A DNA stretch of 43,011 bases from Leptolyngbya cf. ectocarpi LEGE 11479 (lineage in GTDB: Bacteria > Cyanobacteriota > Cyanobacteriia > Phormidesmidales > Phormidesmidaceae). Position 1 is the first letter of the stretch, and each line of letters opens with the position of its first letter. This document shows positions 40,406-43,011 of the stretch, piece after piece. The position numbers and the translations under genes are program-made. The DNA is taken from contig NZ_JADEXP010000011.1 of NCBI RefSeq assembly GCF_015207065.1, positions 1 through 43,011 of the forward strand, given 5' to 3'. A model generated the notes under the pieces. The model was given only the letters and a program-made list of their open reading frames with translations, was not told where the DNA came from and did not search any database.

Positions 40406-43011
40406 CCAGATAGTCGGATCTCGGAGCCGTTTTCCGTTTTGATGACATCAATGCGAGTCTGAAACGCTTCGCGAAAATGGGGCATATGGGTGACCGTTAG
40501 GATGCAGGCAAAATCTGGTGCGATCGCATTGATCGCCGCAATCAACCGATCGCAGCCTGCCTGATCCTGGGTACCAAACCCCTCATCAATAATCAACATC
40601 TGCAGTGCTAGACCCGACCACTGCGCCAACAGTCGAGCCAGGGCCAGCCGAATCGCAAAATTTACTCGAAATGCTTCCCCTCCGGAGTAGGTTTCATAGG
40701 GGCGCGTTCCCTGGGTATCCGCAATCAAAATATCCAGGGTGTCGATCAGCTTTTTGCGCCCCGAACGCTGGGTGACAAACTGGACATGGAGCTGGTGGGC
40801 ACTCAGACGACCGAGAAGTTGGTTTGTTTCTGCCTCTAGCTGGGGTAGCAGATTTTCAATCATCAGGGCCTGAATACCGTTTTTGCCAAAGGCCTGCTGC
40901 AGTTCCTGATGGACCCGCAGCTGATGCTGATAGCTGTGGAGCTGCTGCCGCTGTTGGTCCGTCTGCTGCTGCAGGTCGTCTAACTGCTGGAGCTGCTGTT
41001 CTAAACGACCTAGCTGAGAGAGCTGCTGTTCTCGCTGGGTCTGATGTTGACCGATAGTGACCTCCAGCTGTTGGATCTCGTCGGTAACATCGGGGAGTAC
41101 GGTGGCTTCTGTTTCGGCAATCTGCTGCTGGAGGCGGTCGTATTGCTGCTGTTGTTCAGTTTGGGCGGTGGTTAGCTCATGCTGGCGCTGCTCCAGGTCA
41201 GGCAGTGTGGTCCGGGCCTGCTGTAGTGCCTGATATCGTAGCTGCCAGGGCTGCATTGTGTGCAGCTGGCTGCGGAGCTGCTGGTGTTGATCAGGACAGT
41301 AATCTAAATCTGCTAGGGTTTTCTCCAGGTGCAACAGGTCAGGTGAGGAGGGCCGGTTTAGCTGCGATCGCAATTCCCCTAGGGTCTTTTCAACCTCAGG
41401 CTTTTCTGCAGATAGTCTCTCTAACCGCTGCTTTGCCTGACTGAGTTCAGCCTGTTTAAATTCTGCCCAGCGTAACTTTTCCACCTGGTTACGCACCAGG
41501 GCATGGTCCCTCTCGTCATATCCCAGCGTCGTTAGCTGCTGTTCTAGCTGCTGATATTCCTGCTGTAGCTCGGTTGCATAGTTGCCCGAATCTAAACACT
41601 GTTCTAAATGTTGTCGTTCTTGTTCTAAGGCTTCCAGCTGAGTCTGGGCCTCTGCGGATGAGGAGAGGTGTGCCTGTAGAGCCCCTTGTTCCTGTAGTAT
41701 GACTCCATAGTGCTCTAGTTCTGTCTCCAGCTGTCGATACTCCCGCCGCAGCACCTGAATTTCACGCTGAGAAGTGGTCAACTGTTCACGAATCACCCAC
41801 AGACGCTGCTGTAGTATCTCTCGCTCCTGTTGCAGCTGGGCCACAACCTGAGGCCCATGGTCTGCCAACGGACGCTCACACAGTGGACAGGGGGCCTCCG
41901 GCTGAGCTAGGAGCGCCAGCCGCTGATCCAGCTGGATTAGCTGTTGTTCAGTCTGCCGCTGTTCAGTCTGGAGTTGGGCCATAAAGTCTCGCCGTTCCTG
42001 TCCTTTTTGACGAACCTGGACCTGATAAGCCCGGCGCTGCTCTAGATAGGAGAGCTGATGCTGTACCTCTGTCAGGTTTTGGGATAACTCCGGTCGCTGT
42101 TGGATAGTAAGGGTGGCTTGGGTTTGACTAATGGCTTCTAAGCGGGCTTCCAAACGGGCTGATGCTTGTTTTAACCGCGTGTGTATTTGCTGATGCCGCT
42201 GCTGGAGCGGGGTGACTTCCATCTGCCGCTGGTCTAGGGTCTGCAGCTGGCGGCGGGCAGTCTGCAGCTGGTTGATGCTAGCTGTCACCGTTGCCTGCTG
42301 ACTCAGAACATGGTGAAGTTCTGCTATGGTTTCCTCGATTGAGGATAGCTTTAGCTCCAACCGACCAATACTAGTTTGCAACGTAGTTCGCCTTTGCTGT
42401 TCCTGGGCTTGTAGGGCAACATATTGAGTTTTAATTTGCTGATACTGCCGAAATTTTTGGGCACAGTCTTCCTCTGAGCGCTGCAGCTGTTGCAGCTGGG
42501 CATAGCCGGTTTCGATTTCAGAGGCCGCCGCTAACTCCGCTTGCAGCGTTTGGCACTGTTGCTTGAGATGCTGTAGCTCTGAGTGGCGCTGCTGCTGACT
42601 CTGGTGCAAATGCTCAAGGCGTTGTCTGGCTGTTTGGAGTGACTGTTGCTGTTGCTGCCGCTGCTGCTGTTGTTGCTGTAGCTGATCTCGCTGCTGTTGG
42701 AGTGTTTGTTGCTGCTGCTGATCGTGGGTAGTCTGCTGCTGGAGCGTTTGATAGTGGGTTGCGATCGCACTCCGCTCCGCCAGCTGCTCCTCTGCCTGGA
42801 GCAGGGAAGCTGTCAGCACCTTCATCTCAGCCTGATAGTCCCGTCCCCGCTCCCGAGCCTTCTCCACCAAACGATCATATTGACTAAGCTTTAGCAGATC
42901 TGCCAAAATCTGCTTGCGCTCGCCAGGACGTTTCAGCATAAACTCATCCGCCCGCCCCTGCCGCAGATAGGCCGAATGGATAAACGTATCGTAGTCTACC
43001 TTGAGATGCTG
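40402..43011 (-). CDS. sbcC: SbcC/Rad50-family DNA-repair ATPase, C-terminal 869 codons (5' end beyond the right window edge)
   Basis: The frame stays open upstream of the track's Met (42939) to the window edge: QHLKVDYDTFIHSAYLRQGRADEFMLKRPGERKQIL (the SbcC xDYxTFxxSxxLxQGxFxxFL block). There is a long Gln-rich coiled coil and a CxxC zinc hook, EAPCPLCERPL (41878-41889). Also the ABC signature YSGGEAFRV, Walker B MLIIDEGFG, and an H-loop TVTHM. Confidence 0.85.
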   Translation of the reverse strand, partial: QHLKVDYDTFIHSAYLRQGRADEFMLKRPGERKQILADLLKLSQYDRLVEKARERGRDYQAEMKVLTASLLQAEEQLAERSAIATHYQTLQQQTTHDQQQQQTLQQQRDQLQQQQQQRQQQQQSLQTARQRLEHLHQSQQQRHSELQHLKQQCQTLQAELAAASEIETGYAQLQQLQRSEEDCAQKFRQYQQIKTQYVALQAQEQQRRTTLQTSIGRLELKLSSIEETIAELHHVLSQQATVTASINQLQTARRQLQTLDQRQMEVTPLQQRHQQIHTRLKQASARLEARLEAISQTQATLTIQQRPELSQNLTEVQHQLSYLEQRRAYQVQVRQKGQERRDFMAQLQTEQRQTEQQLIQLDQRLALLAQPEAPCPLCERPLADHGPQVVAQLQQEREILQQRLWVIREQLTTSQREIQVLRREYRQLETELEHYGVILQEQGALQAHLSSSAEAQTQLEALEQERQHLEQCLDSGNYATELQQEYQQLEQQLTTLGYDERDHALVRNQVEKLRWAEFKQAELSQAKQRLERLSAEKPEVEKTLGELRSQLNRPSSPDLLHLEKTLADLDYCPDQHQQLRSQLHTMQPWQLRYQALQQARTTLPDLEQRQHELTTAQTEQQQQYDRLQQQIAETEATVLPDVTDEIQQLEVTIGQHQTQREQQLSQLGRLEQQLQQLDDLQQQTDQQRQQLHSYQHQLRVHQELQQAFGKNGIQALMIENLLPQLEAETNQLLGRLSAHQLHVQFVTQRSGRKKLIDTLDILIADTQGTRPYETYSGGEAFRVNFAIRLALARLLAQWSGLALQMLIIDEGFGTQDQAGCDRLIAAINAIAPDFACILTVTHMPHFREAFQTRIDVIKTENGSEIRLSG

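Larger units (their letters stand above)
3907..42768. repeat. Dispersed HIP1 octamers (GCGATCGC), at least 18 copies
   Basis: Copies start at 3907, 4813, 7225, 8430, 12270, 18312, 22803, 23680, 25538, 26126, 29223, 33027, 33412, 37411, 37576, 40520, 41364 and 42761. A random 8-mer is expected less than once in 43 kb. HIP1 over-representation is a cyanobacterial hallmark. Confidence 0.9.

Noticed and set aside
40824-42894. Plus-strand ORFs (77, 79 and 65 aa), a 79-aa minus-frame ORF, and the repetitive ctgctg tracts, considered as genes or as a CRISPR/tandem-repeat locus
   Set aside because: These are by-products of the CAG/CTG-rich coiled-coil coding sequence of the sbcC-like gene. The Ala/Gly/Pro- or Ser-rich translations follow from the other frames. 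There are no regular repeat-spacer units.

Overview
This 43-kb window comes from a cyanobacterial genome, shown by at least 18 copies of the HIP1 octamer GCGATCGC. About 36 kb (1930-37854, all on the + strand) is one hybrid FAAL/PKS/NRPS lipopeptide gene cluster. Its parts, in order:
- a FAAL-ACP-KS-AT-KR-ACP megasynthase;
- a 4989-aa NRPS: docking-C-A[Asn]-PCP / Cy-A[Cys](Ox)-PCP / C-A[Asp]-PCP-E / C-A[N-terminal part only];
- sbnA-like and sbnB-like genes for L-2,3-diaminopropionate (Dap);
- a 1397-aa NRPS that begins with the missing C-terminal part of that A domain, then PCP / C-A[DARH-type code]-PCP;
- an Asp/Glu-family racemase;
- a TauD/clavaminate-synthase-like Fe(II)/2OG oxygenase;
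- a terminal C-A[Asn]-PCP-TE NRPS;
- an EntS-like MFS exporter.

Flanking genes are a GH13 glycoside hydrolase fragment (1-633, minus strand, absent from the ORF track), a dubious small ORF, a membrane-anchored alpha/beta hydrolase, and a Gln-rich SbcC/Rad50-like ATPase that runs off the right edge.

Main observations:
1. One adenylation domain is cleanly split between core motifs A5 and A6 into two polypeptides. The 2.39-kb gap holds the two genes that make the diamino acid its specificity pocket appears built for.
2. The terminal thioesterase has Cys instead of the Ser nucleophile (GWCLGG).
3. The thiazole-forming Ox insertion is about 445 aa and looks like 1.7 tandem copies of the nitroreductase fold.
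4. A microcystin-McyB2-like DARH-coded A domain sits next to a McyF-like racemase.

Predicted backbone (inference): 3-hydroxy-fatty-acyl-Asn-thiazole(Cys)-D-Asp-Dap-(iso/D?)Asp-Asn, with a beta-hydroxylated Asp or Asn. This could be a metallophore-type lipopeptide.

I recognised no rRNA, tRNA, CRISPR array, transposase, integrase, MbtH-like gene or PPTase. Substrate calls come from reading Stachelhaus positions by eye. Domain boundaries are approximate (about +-30-60 nt).
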